The position numbers and the translations under genes were made by a program. A model generated the notes under the pieces. The model had not been told where the DNA came from. It was given only the letters and a program-made list of their open reading frames with translations, and made no database searches. DNA of 64,000 nt from Styela clava (taxonomy: Eukaryota), in the NCBI RefSeq assembly GCF_964204865.1, contig NC_135251.1:558001-622000 (forward strand). Reading direction: 5' to 3'. Positions 50,501-62,654 of the stretch are shown one piece after another (the first letter of the stretch is position 1; each line of letters begins with the position of its first letter).

Positions 50501-51684
50501 CAATCGTCGGATATAAATAAAATGAATACGATTATGTTCTCCGTTGTTGTATGATTATATTGAACGAATACCGAATTTATTTTTTTATTTGAGACTGGGT
50601 ATGTTTTTGGGCACGAAATTACATACGAATCGTTTTGCTAAATTGTTGTCAGGGTTGTTTGTTCTCCCCAACTAATGATGGGCCAATCCATTTCAAAAGC
50701 TATGTCCTTGAAGATGTTTGCAGCCGATTGAATGCTATTACTTTTAATTTTTGGATTTTTTCTACAAAGACCCCGCCATTAAAATGAGGAATTAAAGAAA
50801 ACACCCTTGCCACGTTTAAAAAAATAAATTATTAATTATCCAGTTAGAGTTAGGTTTGGGAATATTTGAAAATTGGAATTCAAGCGCAATCTGCATTCCT
50901 AGCCCTCGCCCTAACTGAATAATTACTAAATTTTTTCATTTCGAGCGGCAGCGAGAGTACAAAAGATCCCGTGTTTTTCGAATAAAGTGGGATCCGATAT
51001 TCCCACCAAAATTAGAATTTTATTTTTAATTATAGCGGTTGGATTAAGAGATTGAAACTCAATCTTGGGATAATACGTTTTCAACGCAAACGCGAGGTCA
51101 TATTTTATTGTAAGCAAATTATCGAATGATTCTAAATAGAAATTTGTGTCATAAATTGTTGGAAATGCGACACCAAAACAAATTTAATATAAAAAGTTCA
51201 TTCATAAACATTCCACGTCCGAAGAGCCTTGACAAGGCGCGTCAATCGTAGAAGTAGGAATGTTACAATGAAATCCATTCATAGGATTTGTAGAACTTAT
51301 CATTCGTTTATATCGTTAAGTGCGTAATTTCATCAGTTAAAGTCGCCTTTGATTTTTGTGACCCGACGCCATTTTTCATGTAAAAGCGAATGATTCACAT
51401 CACATCCTTGCCATGATTGGGCGGGGTAATGCGATACTATAATGCGATTCATTTAAACGGCTTCGATGAATTAATATTTGACAAATATTAATGCCAGTTT
51501 TACCACCAAGCTGCCAAAAACCATCAAGATCTTCTTAAGTTTAAAACCATGGGATCATTACTCTTTATTAATATCTTCGCGGTTTTCCACGGCGCATTTC
51601 CGATTTGGCAAGCCTGTCATACTACAGTGGATTGGAAACTGCGATTTATTTAATTACGATGGAAAGTTTGCGTGTTTAAGATAC

Positions 51685-51965
51685 GACGTTACGTTTTTCA
51701 TTAAAAAAGGAGGTGAATGAAAAAAACTTAATATGTATGTTTCACATAGATTTTTGATGGCGTTGGCCAACATTTTTGTCGGTGAAATACAGGCCAATTT
51801 TAAAAAATTAGTGAATTTCATCGCCGTTACGTTTTTCGTAAACACAGAGGTAAATAAAAAACTTAATATGTATGATTTACATTGATTTTTGACAGCGTTG
51901 GCAAACATTTTTGTTGGTGAAACACAGGCCAACTCAAAAAATTAGTGAATTTCTTCGCTTATGTG
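51685..51965. repeat. Tandem duplication, period about 135 bp, 2 copies
   Basis: cttaatatgtatg at 51727 and 51862, followed by collinear sequence. Confidence 0.85.
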
Positions 51966-52835
51966 TTTTTAATAAAAACCGACATATTTGGCATTGACTG
52001 ACATAAGCCGTGTAGTAATATATTAAAACGTTTTCTCAGGAAGAAAAACTTTTGGTGAGGTTGTCGCGGATGTCGAGACAAATTAAAGACAAATTATTGA
52101 AATTATTAGCAGAAATTACCATCGCTTCAAACGTATTGTTTTACATGAATTGGTTTTTACGTCAAATGATAATAACGCAGAACGAAGATCGTAATCAATT
52201 ATACCGTCACAGTACACTGTTAAAAATATATATGAAAATTATGTGTATTTTCAAAGTTAGAAATATTACTGCTGAAAGCTTACTAGAAACCCGTTAACAA
52301 TCCATTGACAAGAGCATGCAAAAATATTATCAGAAAAGCGTATTTGTTGTTCTAAACATCTGTTCATGCGGTATTCTTTTTTACAAAAGTTTTATATATA
52401 ATGCAATACGATTTTTTTCTTTGAACGAGGCCGCCAAAGATCCAAGTTTCAAGCACAATTTGTGCTTCAGTGATATTAGCTTTACAATATTCTACGAAGG
52501 TTATTCCCCAAGAAATATGGCGGCTAACTTCGAAATATTTTACAGCATTATGGAACCGTTAAATTTGATTCCCAGGGCTTTCTTCAATGAATGGCGGCGA
52601 TAATTTTCATGTTTTGTCGTATAAAAATAGGAGAATAATATGTGATCGCCTCATCGCAGTTCAGTCATCGTCTTTGTATAAAATCACTGTCGCTCTCAAC
52701 TGTGTTCATCACAGCGTGTCTTATAGTTCACATCATCACAGTGGTTTGATGTCTTATCTCCCTTGGTAATCAACTTTCGAACCGTCGAGGTTTCCCATGA
52801 ATTTTTGTGTCGAACATAATTATCTCTGCTCCACC

Positions 52836-55800
52836 TCACGAGTAAAATAATTTGCAATGCGATGGCAGATACACCCAGTCGTTACAAATTTGATATTTTG
52901 AGTCTCTTGCAGGAATAGTTCCGCAATCTTTTACTTTATGAGCGTCTTTCATTTTTGCTGGATCAATCACAATGTAGGCTTTATGCGCAGTCATTGCCAT
53001 TCCGCATCGTAAACTTTGAGCATCTGAAAAAGTATTTTCAAATATTGGGTTTTGGTCTTTTGGACTTGTAGAAAGTGTTAGATTAGTTCTCAAAACACGA
53101 TTCGTGAGTCAAAGACGGGTCACAGGTTAAGTCCGTAGTCGAATCAATCAGTGAGTTAAGTCTCACTGGCGTTTGGTGGCGTACGTGTCCAAGTCATTTA
53201 GATATCTCGAGTCACGTCAGTTGGTGACTCGAGTGATGATAAGGCCCGATATTGCATAAAAGTTCTGTCGGAATATAGGCGAAACAATAACATAGGCTCT
53301 GGCGATGTCACAAACGATGCGCTGTGGATGCGTTTGCTATTAGGCGTCTCTCATAAGTTAAATCGTCACTTGTTGAATCACTGTTTCCTGACCAGGAAAA
53401 AATTCAACGGTTTTAGGGGGAGAATTTGATGTTCGTTTTTGCAGGTAAATTTGCCGATTTTCTTTACTTGTTTACGTTATGTGATACATATTTAGAGGAT
53501 TTTTCAAAAAGGACATTAAAGACCATCATTTAGTGGCGGATCTACCCGAATAAATCTGGGATATGAATACAACCATCTTGGCTGTGAACTAACATAAGCG
53601 ATCTCACCTCTAACGTTGACCGACATCACTGGATCGCTGTGTTTGCAGCTTCCCATCTGAAACCATTGTGAATATCCGTCATAAAAGTAAATATCGACAA
53701 GCTGTCCTGTAGCTCTGTGTATTGCACGACTAGGTGACTCAACGTTCATATCAGTTATGCAAAGTTCCTTACTAACTCTTCTGTCTCGTCTGGACGATTG
53801 TCGCTTTACTCTTCTTCTGAAATTTAACAAATTCGTTTGAAACTAGCGCATTATACATGTTATTAAAGCAGTTAAATAAGCAGTATTGGTAGCAACTTCT
53901 GTTAGGCGTTGACATGCCAATCGGAACCTATGGAACTACTAGTAGATTAGAAACTAAGTGTAGTAAATTGGGCGCTCCCGTAGTATGTGCAACAAGATAT
54001 CGGACACCTGAACATAGTATGTGTACCAGGTTAAGGTTAGGCCATAATTTTATTCCAATTTTTATTATTTTAGTTCTATTACGAGTTCGGGGACTAGCCA
54101 AATGACTCCCGTAGTATTTGTACCTGAAATTATGGCCTAACCTGATACACATACTACGTTCCGGTGTCCGCCATCTTGGTGCACATACTACGGGAATACC
54201 GTAAATTGAGTAGGCAATGTCGTAACGAATAGATTTCTGTTATTTTCAAATATATCCTCTCATTTTTCATAATGACTTCTTGTGAATAACCGTGGTTAGA
54301 GTGAAATGTGTCCGAAAAATTGTATGAAAGTGATTTCAGTTAATTGTGATTTGCCTCTATTTATCTAATTTCACAGCCGAACGCATGTTAATAAAGTTTC
54401 TAACCCTGACTTACTTTACAATATTTTTTGGTCGCTCCAAATTTTCAAAGCTGAATGCATTATCGTCGCCGTCTCTTTTCGATCGTTTCTTTCTCCCGGA
54501 TGTGCTAGGAGTCTGGATATCATCTTGACTTTCTACACTTCTACTCAGTCTTGAGGACGAGAATGAAGATTCGAACTCAGATGAAAGTCGTAATTGATTT
54601 TGTTGGTTCACAAAAGATTTCACTGAAAACCAAATCAGTATAAATTAAAACAAGAGGGCAATACTTGAATATAGGCGATTAAACTATCATTATCTGACCG
54701 AAGTTCTGGTAGCCTATGTAACTCAAACTGAAATTTGGCTCAGTACCGAGTTAGCGAATTCAAAACAACGAAGGAGAGCCGTGGCGGCCACACTTAACAA
54801 ATTAAGAACATTGTTCCCGTAGTCAGTAGTTTGTTTTTTACCGTATTGAAAACACACATTGTACATACAGAACGAGGTAAAAGAAAAAATTACCTCCTGA
54901 AATATGCGCACCAAGATGGCGCACAACCTGAACTCAGGTTGTGTACCAAGTTGAGGTATAGGTTGTGCGACATCTTGATGCGCATACTTCAGGAGTACCA
55001 GAAAAAATGCATTCAGTGTGGAAGGGGACGGGATAAACCAGTATTGGTTATCGAGCAGCGTCAACTATAATAAGAAATTAAAAATGAACAGTAAAATTTC
55101 GGGTGATATATCGGATATCACAGAAATCAGAAAAATAAATAAAAGCATAATAACATGGGAAATCTCATATGATCTCGTCTACCAGGTACTCATATTAACA
55201 TACTCACATGTGCTTGTTGTGTATAATCCGCGTCTCCCACTCATCACTGATCCTCCCATGCATAGAGTAAGCTTTGGTTTGTTGGCATCGAAGACCTGTG
55301 ACGGTACATTTGGTGAAATTTTAGTTTGGTGATTCAAATCGGGTCATAAAGAGTCATTTCAAACGATTCTTGAACTAATTTTTAATAACAAACTTGGCCG
55401 GGCTTCTGTGCCATTGTAATATTTTATCTTTTTCAATAAACCAATCAAATATCCGAGCATCGACTTTATTGCGACTTTATTGTTTATTTGCGCAAATCAA
55501 CAGCGGCTAAACATTTGAAATACCAGCAATTGCGAACATTAGCTCGCTTTAGTGTTTTCCTCGACATTGTCAGTTTTTAGTTGTTTAGTTGTCAGTTTTT
55601 TAGATATGAAATTACCAACTAAATTGTTCTCTTAGTTTAATTACGGAAACTTTTTTTTCGGATTGAAAGTATGAAGTATAAAGATAACATAGATACTCGT
55701 TCAAAACTTTCCAAATGCTGTTATTCCTCATTGAAACTATTACAAGCAAATCCATTACTGCGCTTACCTTCTTTGCAATGTCAGGTGCAGCGTCTTCAAA

Positions 55801-57680
55801 TCTGCAAACAGTTGAATTTCTATAAGCTTGCAACTCGCATCTTCGTTTTGTTGTTAAACTTGAAAGATCGATCCTGCCTGCTTCGTCAGTCTGAGGTTTT
55901 CCTCTTGTTGGCCTTGCTCCTGTAGAATGATTATCTATGTTAGAGATTTTAAAATTGGGACCTCACCCTCCATCTTGGGACACGCGAGCACAGCTCTTCG
56001 CTATATATCACTCGCGATGACTAAATTGATTTAGTCTGTATGTTGTTTTTGCTTCCATTTTAATTATGTGACCGATATGCTTTCATTTTTTTGGTTTCTT
56101 ATTATAAATCGTGGCGCATAAAATATCTGATGAAAACATCCTTCATTCTGAAATCACATAGAAATAGAAGCTACTGCTGTTTACTTTTGGTGAATGATTG
56201 GAGAAAATGTGCGAATTGCAGATATGTGAATTACTATTACAACCCATGGTTAGTAGGTTCAGTACAACCAGGCAGCCATACTCTTTGATCTCATTGTACG
56301 GTGTAACGTTTTACTGCTGTATTATTCACTTTCACATTCGAACTATCTAGTTGTGTTGTGGTTTGAGTAATTATTGATGGGAAACCGCTGACACGTGCGC
56401 GCAATTACTCCAAGCAATTAAACGATGCTGAATTAATGTTTTTATAATTATCATGATTAGTTTACGTTAAATATTTTATACGGCCCTCATATTCACTCTG
56501 AACAAGGTTATATACAAGCATCCACGAAGCCGGAATCTACTCGAGTCGGCATTGCCTCTACCTAATTTGGTGAGATTTGTTTTGATGAAATGAACTCGCG
56601 GTTCACCATTATATTTACTAATATTATCATCTTCACGGGTATCGTTGCTCAATAACTAATTTCTATATATTTTTTTGTCTCCCTTTATGCTTAAGCCCAA
56701 TTTTAGATTATTTTATATTCATAATATACAAATGTATTCTCAGTGTGGTGAAAAACATTAACTACTGATTATTGTTAGACGCAATCGGCCGTCAGTCATT
56801 TAGTTCAAGTTTCTGGAATTCAGACCAGAAATTAAGTAATTTCCTATCATTAATGCCGCGCGCTAATGGCGTTTTACCATGTTTTCGACAATTTGTTTAC
56901 GAGGTTTAGCAATTAAAACGTTCAGAAAAGCCGCGTTAATCTGAGGTATTTACCGCTTACAATGTCTAATTCCGTCTTGCGCCCACTCAATGATAAGTGT
57001 TTTAAATACTTTTGTTTCAAATGCGGAATTTAAGAACTTTTTTAAGCAAAATAAGATTTGCGAATGAAAAGTATCAATTTTCAAAAAAAAAAAAATTCAC
57101 CAAGTTCTAGCCGAAATTTGAGTTGATTGAATTGGGAACAACAGCGGATTGCGATGCATTTTCCATTGACCCAGCGACCAGCACTATGTGCCATGCACGG
57201 TGTAACAATATTAAATATGTAATGACAAATCGCAGGAACACACTAATGTCGTAGGTTATTTCAAATAATTACTTTGCTTATCACTGGCTGTTTGTCTTGA
57301 GATTTGTTTGGAGAGAAAGGGTATAAAAGAAATATATTTTGTTGAACTATAGCGACTTCTGAATTAACAGAAGGGGTGCATCCATAATCAATAGTTTGGG
57401 AATGAGATATAAATATGTGGTGTTGCTCAGGGATTTCTCAACATTCAGTCACGGGTCACCCGAGTTTTGAGTCCGAGGTCAAATCGAATTACTGAGTAAA
57501 GTCGCTCTGGAGTTAGTTGAGTGCGAGATATTACATTCACATCAAACCAAGCAGTGAGTGTAACACTTGTCGATTCCATAAATCGAGCCTCCCAAATACA
57601 TTTTGTCAAATACTGAATTCAAACGAACCTGTGGTTGGTTCCTCGTCTTCGTCGTCAGGACGCTCGCAGCTGTCTGGGAT
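52836..57680 (-). CDS. Neurotrophin/Spaetzle-like (cystine-knot cytokine superfamily) precursor, 5'-incomplete, spliced
   Basis: Minus-strand exons with matching phases: 57629-57680 (IPDSCERPDDEDEEPTT), 55768-55919, 55208-55295, 54415-54622, 53608-53816 and 52836-53023 (stop). Furin sites RKKR, RSKR, RVKR and RDRR precede ELC-x8-P-x2-A-x5-G-x2-V..QWF-x4-C ... RC-x6-HKAY ... DWVYLPSHC, the NGF/Spaetzle strand pattern. No signal peptide is seen in the window. Confidence 0.8.
53971..54200. mobile_element. MITE family A, long form, inserted in a SINE remnant
   Basis: Inverted arms, perfect 8-bp TSD gtaaattg. Confidence 0.9.
54890..54999. mobile_element. MITE family A
   Basis: Inverted arms, TSD agaaaaaa on both sides. 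Confidence 0.85.
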
Positions 57681-60600
57681 CTAAAAACGAAGATGATAAT
57701 GAATTAGACAGGTAGTGAAAATAAATGATCGAGAACTTAGTAGTAAAAGTGTGGTCAAGTACGGAACATAAATTCTCGATATTTAATATTGTGTAAACTG
57801 TGATCCGGACATAGTCAAGTCTAACGCCTTAACCGCTTTGTCATTGCACCCGCTGAGGAAAAAGAGATTACCGCTTTTGACAAAAATATTGTAAGCGAAT
57901 TGCAACTTTATATAAATATCCGGAATCATATATTTTCACATCTACACAACTCGGTCGCGAACCGCCGACACCTATCGTATTACATCATAGAGACCGTATT
58001 TTGATATATTATTACATCATAGAAGCCGAATTAATTTTGTTGTCATCCGGTGTTTAGCAGATGACACCAACTACATGAGAGTTGCAATAACAAAATTTTG
58101 TCAATGTTAGGTTGCAAATATAACTTTGCAAATTTGAGGTATTGCTCATGTCGTTAGGCGCGGTTAAATTACGTTACAAATCCGGATCTGAGTTTTTCCT
58201 TTGATTTCAATTTCTGTTTACATAATAGCTCAGATCAATGGTTTGTTTCATTGAAGATTTTATTTGTAAAAATGATACAGCAAGATATAAATCTATAATT
58301 AATAGGGTTTCGAAGATTCAGTTTATTATATAATATCAACTTAAGAACATTTTTCATAAAATCGTGTTACTCAAAGTATTATTTGTGTACAGTTCGGGCT
58401 ACACTGTAATAACGAATAACAGTAGATTTAGAAATTATCCGAACAAGTCTAAATCGGTCAAACAAAAAAGATTTGATTATTTATTTTGCGCTAGAACTAT
58501 TCTGGTACTGCGTTTTATTTACGCATTCTACGTATCGACGCATGGAAACTTATTAATATTCCTTGGTTACTATTTTATACGTTCATTCATCAAACTCCGC
58601 GTGAAAGCAGACGCAACGTGCGTAGAAACTGACCCGAAACCCATAAAAAATGTCAATTTCTATTCATTTTAATATTTGTGAAAATATCGTGTCATAAACG
58701 AATAGAATGGAACATTCTGAGTAATTGCGCAAAGTCACTTATTTTGATTATTAATATCAATTTGCCATTTCCTATTTTACACTTATTCAATTATCTTCAA
58801 GCATGCCTTACGCTATTACGTAGATTTACGTTATGTTTTATGTTGTCACGCATGTGCTATCAATAAAATGGATTCTTCTGACAATTGGGTTCGTATACCC
58901 ATTGCTATTTCTAACTTGTTCACGTACGCAGCGTTGCACGAACGTATTTAAATTAATGGCGTGCGCACAAAGTGACGTTTTGCGCGAACTTTTCAGAAAT
59001 GTCAGATTTAATTTTATTCGCATTGCTACCAATTTATAAATGTCAGTTCACTGTAACCGAAAGTAAAATATTCAAAATAAATACTATTTATATATTTAAT
59101 TGCTTTGAGATGACTGTGGGCTTGGAGTTAGTATTGTTCTTCATTTTCATGCGACGTAAATCTCTTCACTCTAAACAAGGGTTTGCAGTTATTGGGGTGG
59201 CTATATGTGAGAATGGAGGATCGATCTCTTTTCGATTCTGCACTGCCTATCTCATTTATAACACCCTGGGCGGGGCATAGATTGTTAGCCTGCGACGCCA
59301 ACTTGATCAAGTCCAACGCTTCAAGAACTAGGTAGAATCTATTACCCGGAATAAGACAAAATATGTTGGACGTTTAATATGAAACATTTAGAAGTGATGA
59401 TTAAAGTAACGGATAAAGTGTCGTTTGAAAAACATGATCGTTCACGAAATTAATACCAACGTGACAAATTAAAATGCAAAAATAAAAGTTTTCCAACAAG
59501 ATGGTTTCGATTGATATGAATAGAGCATGAATAAGGAACATATGATTGATTGAATGCCTCTAGCTATATCCGAGAATGAATAAAAAAATGAAAAAATGAC
59601 CCATTTCAAATAAAATTAGGAAAATAACAGAAAATAGTTGAACTGAAACTTCGAATCGTGCATGGATTGGATAATAAAGTGGAACAAATTTGAAAACAGA
59701 AAACCAAATGTGTTTGAACATTTTTTAGAAAGTTTGAACAAATTTTATTCCTCGTTAGAACCCAATCACTCATACCCATTTATTGAAGATTCTGCAGCAC
59801 CGTTTTCGCAACTAAATATTAACATTAATTGAATATATTTTTATCAGGGATATGGAATATTCGTAAGTTCTACACAGACTCTCGATTCCAAGGGGAAAAG
59901 GAATAACTCGGCTTTAACTCCAACTCTGGGGAGTGGAATATACAATTCCATATTCTAATGTAAACATCTCGAACCATGCAACCCTGGTTGTTATAGTGGT
60001 TTTGCTAACCCATCTGTACAAAGGTATACATACACATCTCAGTAATGTTGCACATATCACAAGTAAATTGCTAGTTTAAGTAAAACGACGGACCAGATAA
60101 GGAGTATTTATTAGTTAGTTTGGCGATACAGGTTCCAAGACGGATATAATTTTTTAATATTATTTGTTTTCAAACATCTTTCGATTCATAGTAAACATTG
60201 TTGATGACTTGTTCCAGGTTTTTGACATTTTATTGCGCTAGCAAGTAAAATTATTTTGCCCTTTTTTTCAATCCTAATCAGTTTCATATTCAATAATTGA
60301 AGAGGTGATTTCCTAACGAAGTTCCTATCGTGGTTGAAAACTGATTTTTGATGTGAAATACTTGGAACTCTGAAAATAACGAATTGTCAAAATGTTTTAT
60401 ATCTTAGTCATAGAAAGATGCATCTCATTTAGAATTCCAAGAAGAACAACTTAATCTAGAGAAAGATATTTGATCCGGATTTTGGTTTTTCAATTCTCAA
60501 AAATCCGACTAGAGACAAGAAATATTGCAGAACATCGGTAATCGCTAATGCATCATCAACTTGACAGTTATGATGTTTGATTTCCATCAGTGCTCAGGGA

Positions 60601-62630
60601 TTATCTGAATTCCAGATTAACCTCCAGATAACACAAAAAATTACGCAATTTAATATTAACATGCGAGAGATTTCATATGTTATTCACTCCGACAAAGCCC
60701 TGTACAAACATCGCGTGTCGGTAAGGAGCCACCATAGCTAAAAAGGTTCGGGATATTTTCGACTCAGCATTCCTGTTTTCGTTTGTAGTTCAATCTTTGA
60801 TGAATTATTAGCTATTGATACGACTCTACGACTTTTGCACAGTTTGGATACTTAGTATTCTTAAATATATATTAAAATAATACTGATCAATTTGAGAATA
60901 TGAAAAATACTAAACGAAAATATAAAATGAAAATTTCACCCTAAAATAATTTAGGTCCTCTTTTTCAAATCCGTTCATAAAGAATGTAACCCACAAGATA
61001 AATCGTAAGATTTGCGACCAAAACCACAAATATGGAAATGCAAGATTATAAGTGATTTGCGGTGTTGCGTTGACATGAGACACGAGATGATAGTCAACCT
61101 ATGAATGACATCATTGTGAACAAATCTCTCTCCCACGAGATAGAAACATAATTCGATATTTTCACTCAAACCTCGCTGTCAGAATATAAGCTTAGACGTT
61201 TAATTTGCCCGCAAAAGGAATTTTAATTTGAGCAATTTTATTCCAAAATTTGAATTTTGAAAAATATAACGACATTCAATAACTTTACTTAGACTTACTT
61301 TGAAATATTGTTTTGCCAAATTGATATGTAAATTATGTTTGTAATTTCGGCCATAAATTTCATAGAGGACTTGTTGATCATTTTTGGGCGAATGCTGTTG
61401 TAAAAAATCCTGCTCTCCGCTACGAAAAAACCGATCGAATTCAAATTTTTTAGTTTGAGTTCTCCAATATCCGATATTTTATTCAAAATTTTGCCGTTTA
61501 TTTTTGATTTATAAGAACTTTTTATGGAGTATGAAAAGACCATATTCCGTCGCACTTATTGGTCGATCTTTTCAGAAAATTCCACTCTCAGCTAAGGCCT
61601 GGCGGGATCTTCTATATTTGAGCATTGCTCTCTTGTCATATTCTATGTTGTTATATGAGTATATACTTATTAAAATTTATGAGATTTTACATACAACGTG
61701 CGTATTTGGAAGCCCAAGTTCATTTTTGGGAATCGGTTTAAAAACATCGTTGTGCAGATCTATTCAATTAGAGGTCAAACTTAATGAGAGTCTATGATTG
61801 ACTCAAGTGAGGATAAAAATAGTGAAAGCCTGCGGCGACTGACGTTATTTAAAGTAGTTCTGACATTTGTCTTAACATGGAATCTAGATTATTCTAACAT
61901 TTTGATGCGACATTTCCTACATGAGAGATTAGCAATGCTTAAACCTCATCAAACTACCTTCAATCGACAACATCCGATCTCTGCCGGATTTATCGACAAG
62001 GTATTTGACAACGGAACGTTACGCATATTCTTATGGGCGTGAAGATCTAACGCGATGCTACATCAAACTTTCAGGATCCACGGCTCGTTTCAAAAACTTT
62101 AAGCATTCGTGCTCTTCTATAAAAAGATCAGTTTCAGATCGTACCTATCAGTTATTTCATGCCCCACGTTTAATATTGAAAAGCCAACAAACGAAAACAA
62201 AAGAGTAAATGAAACAATAACAGTTGATTTACTCAACGTTGATTTACAAATTACTGCGGTCACCGGGAACGGTACCTATAGTGAAAGACTGATCGTGCCC
62301 CACCGAGGATCGCTCTGTTGCTCCCTTGATGGGCTGAGGACCCAGTTTAGAAAACTTTGGTCTAGCTAGAGTACCGACAATTTGTAGTTCAAAGATCTCT
62401 AGTTTAAAGAGTCATCCAGTTTGTTTCAAGTACCGATGGGTTAAGCTCCCTTGCCGAGATTATTAGAAAAGGAACGCTCCGCGATATGGGAGGCCCGCGA
62501 GACGATTGATACCAGATTAATAAAGTGACACATTTGACACATATGTTGCTATCGCGTTATGTGCGGTCATAATGCCATATTGACCACATCAATTAGTCAG
62601 AGATTATAAAAGACTTTCCGCCAAACTTAC

Positions 62631-62654
62631 GCCGCCCACACTGAACAACTTCCT
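62631..62654 (-). CDS. Candidate 24-nt upstream microexon of the minus-strand gene
   Basis: tttttacag|AGGAAGTTGTTCAGTGTGGGCGGC|gtaagt. Both splice sites are strong and the exon is open in all three frames (phase 0 reads RKLFSVGG). Confidence 0.5.

Noticed and set aside
53516-53607. C-terminal part of the 104 aa ORF (GEIAYVSSQPRW..) as the end of the ligand
   Set aside because: A GTGAGA donor at 53607 splices in phase to the exon that completes the conserved pattern, so this part is intron read-through
55208-55295. Alternative frame LRCQQTKAYSMHGRISDEWETRIIHNKH for this exon
   Set aside because: Incompatible with the phases of both neighbouring exons; only VFDANKPK..YTTST fits
60180-62370. 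Degenerate transposase or pseudogene in the ligand gene intron
   Set aside because: Several short ORFs but no DDE, RT or other motif I can recognise
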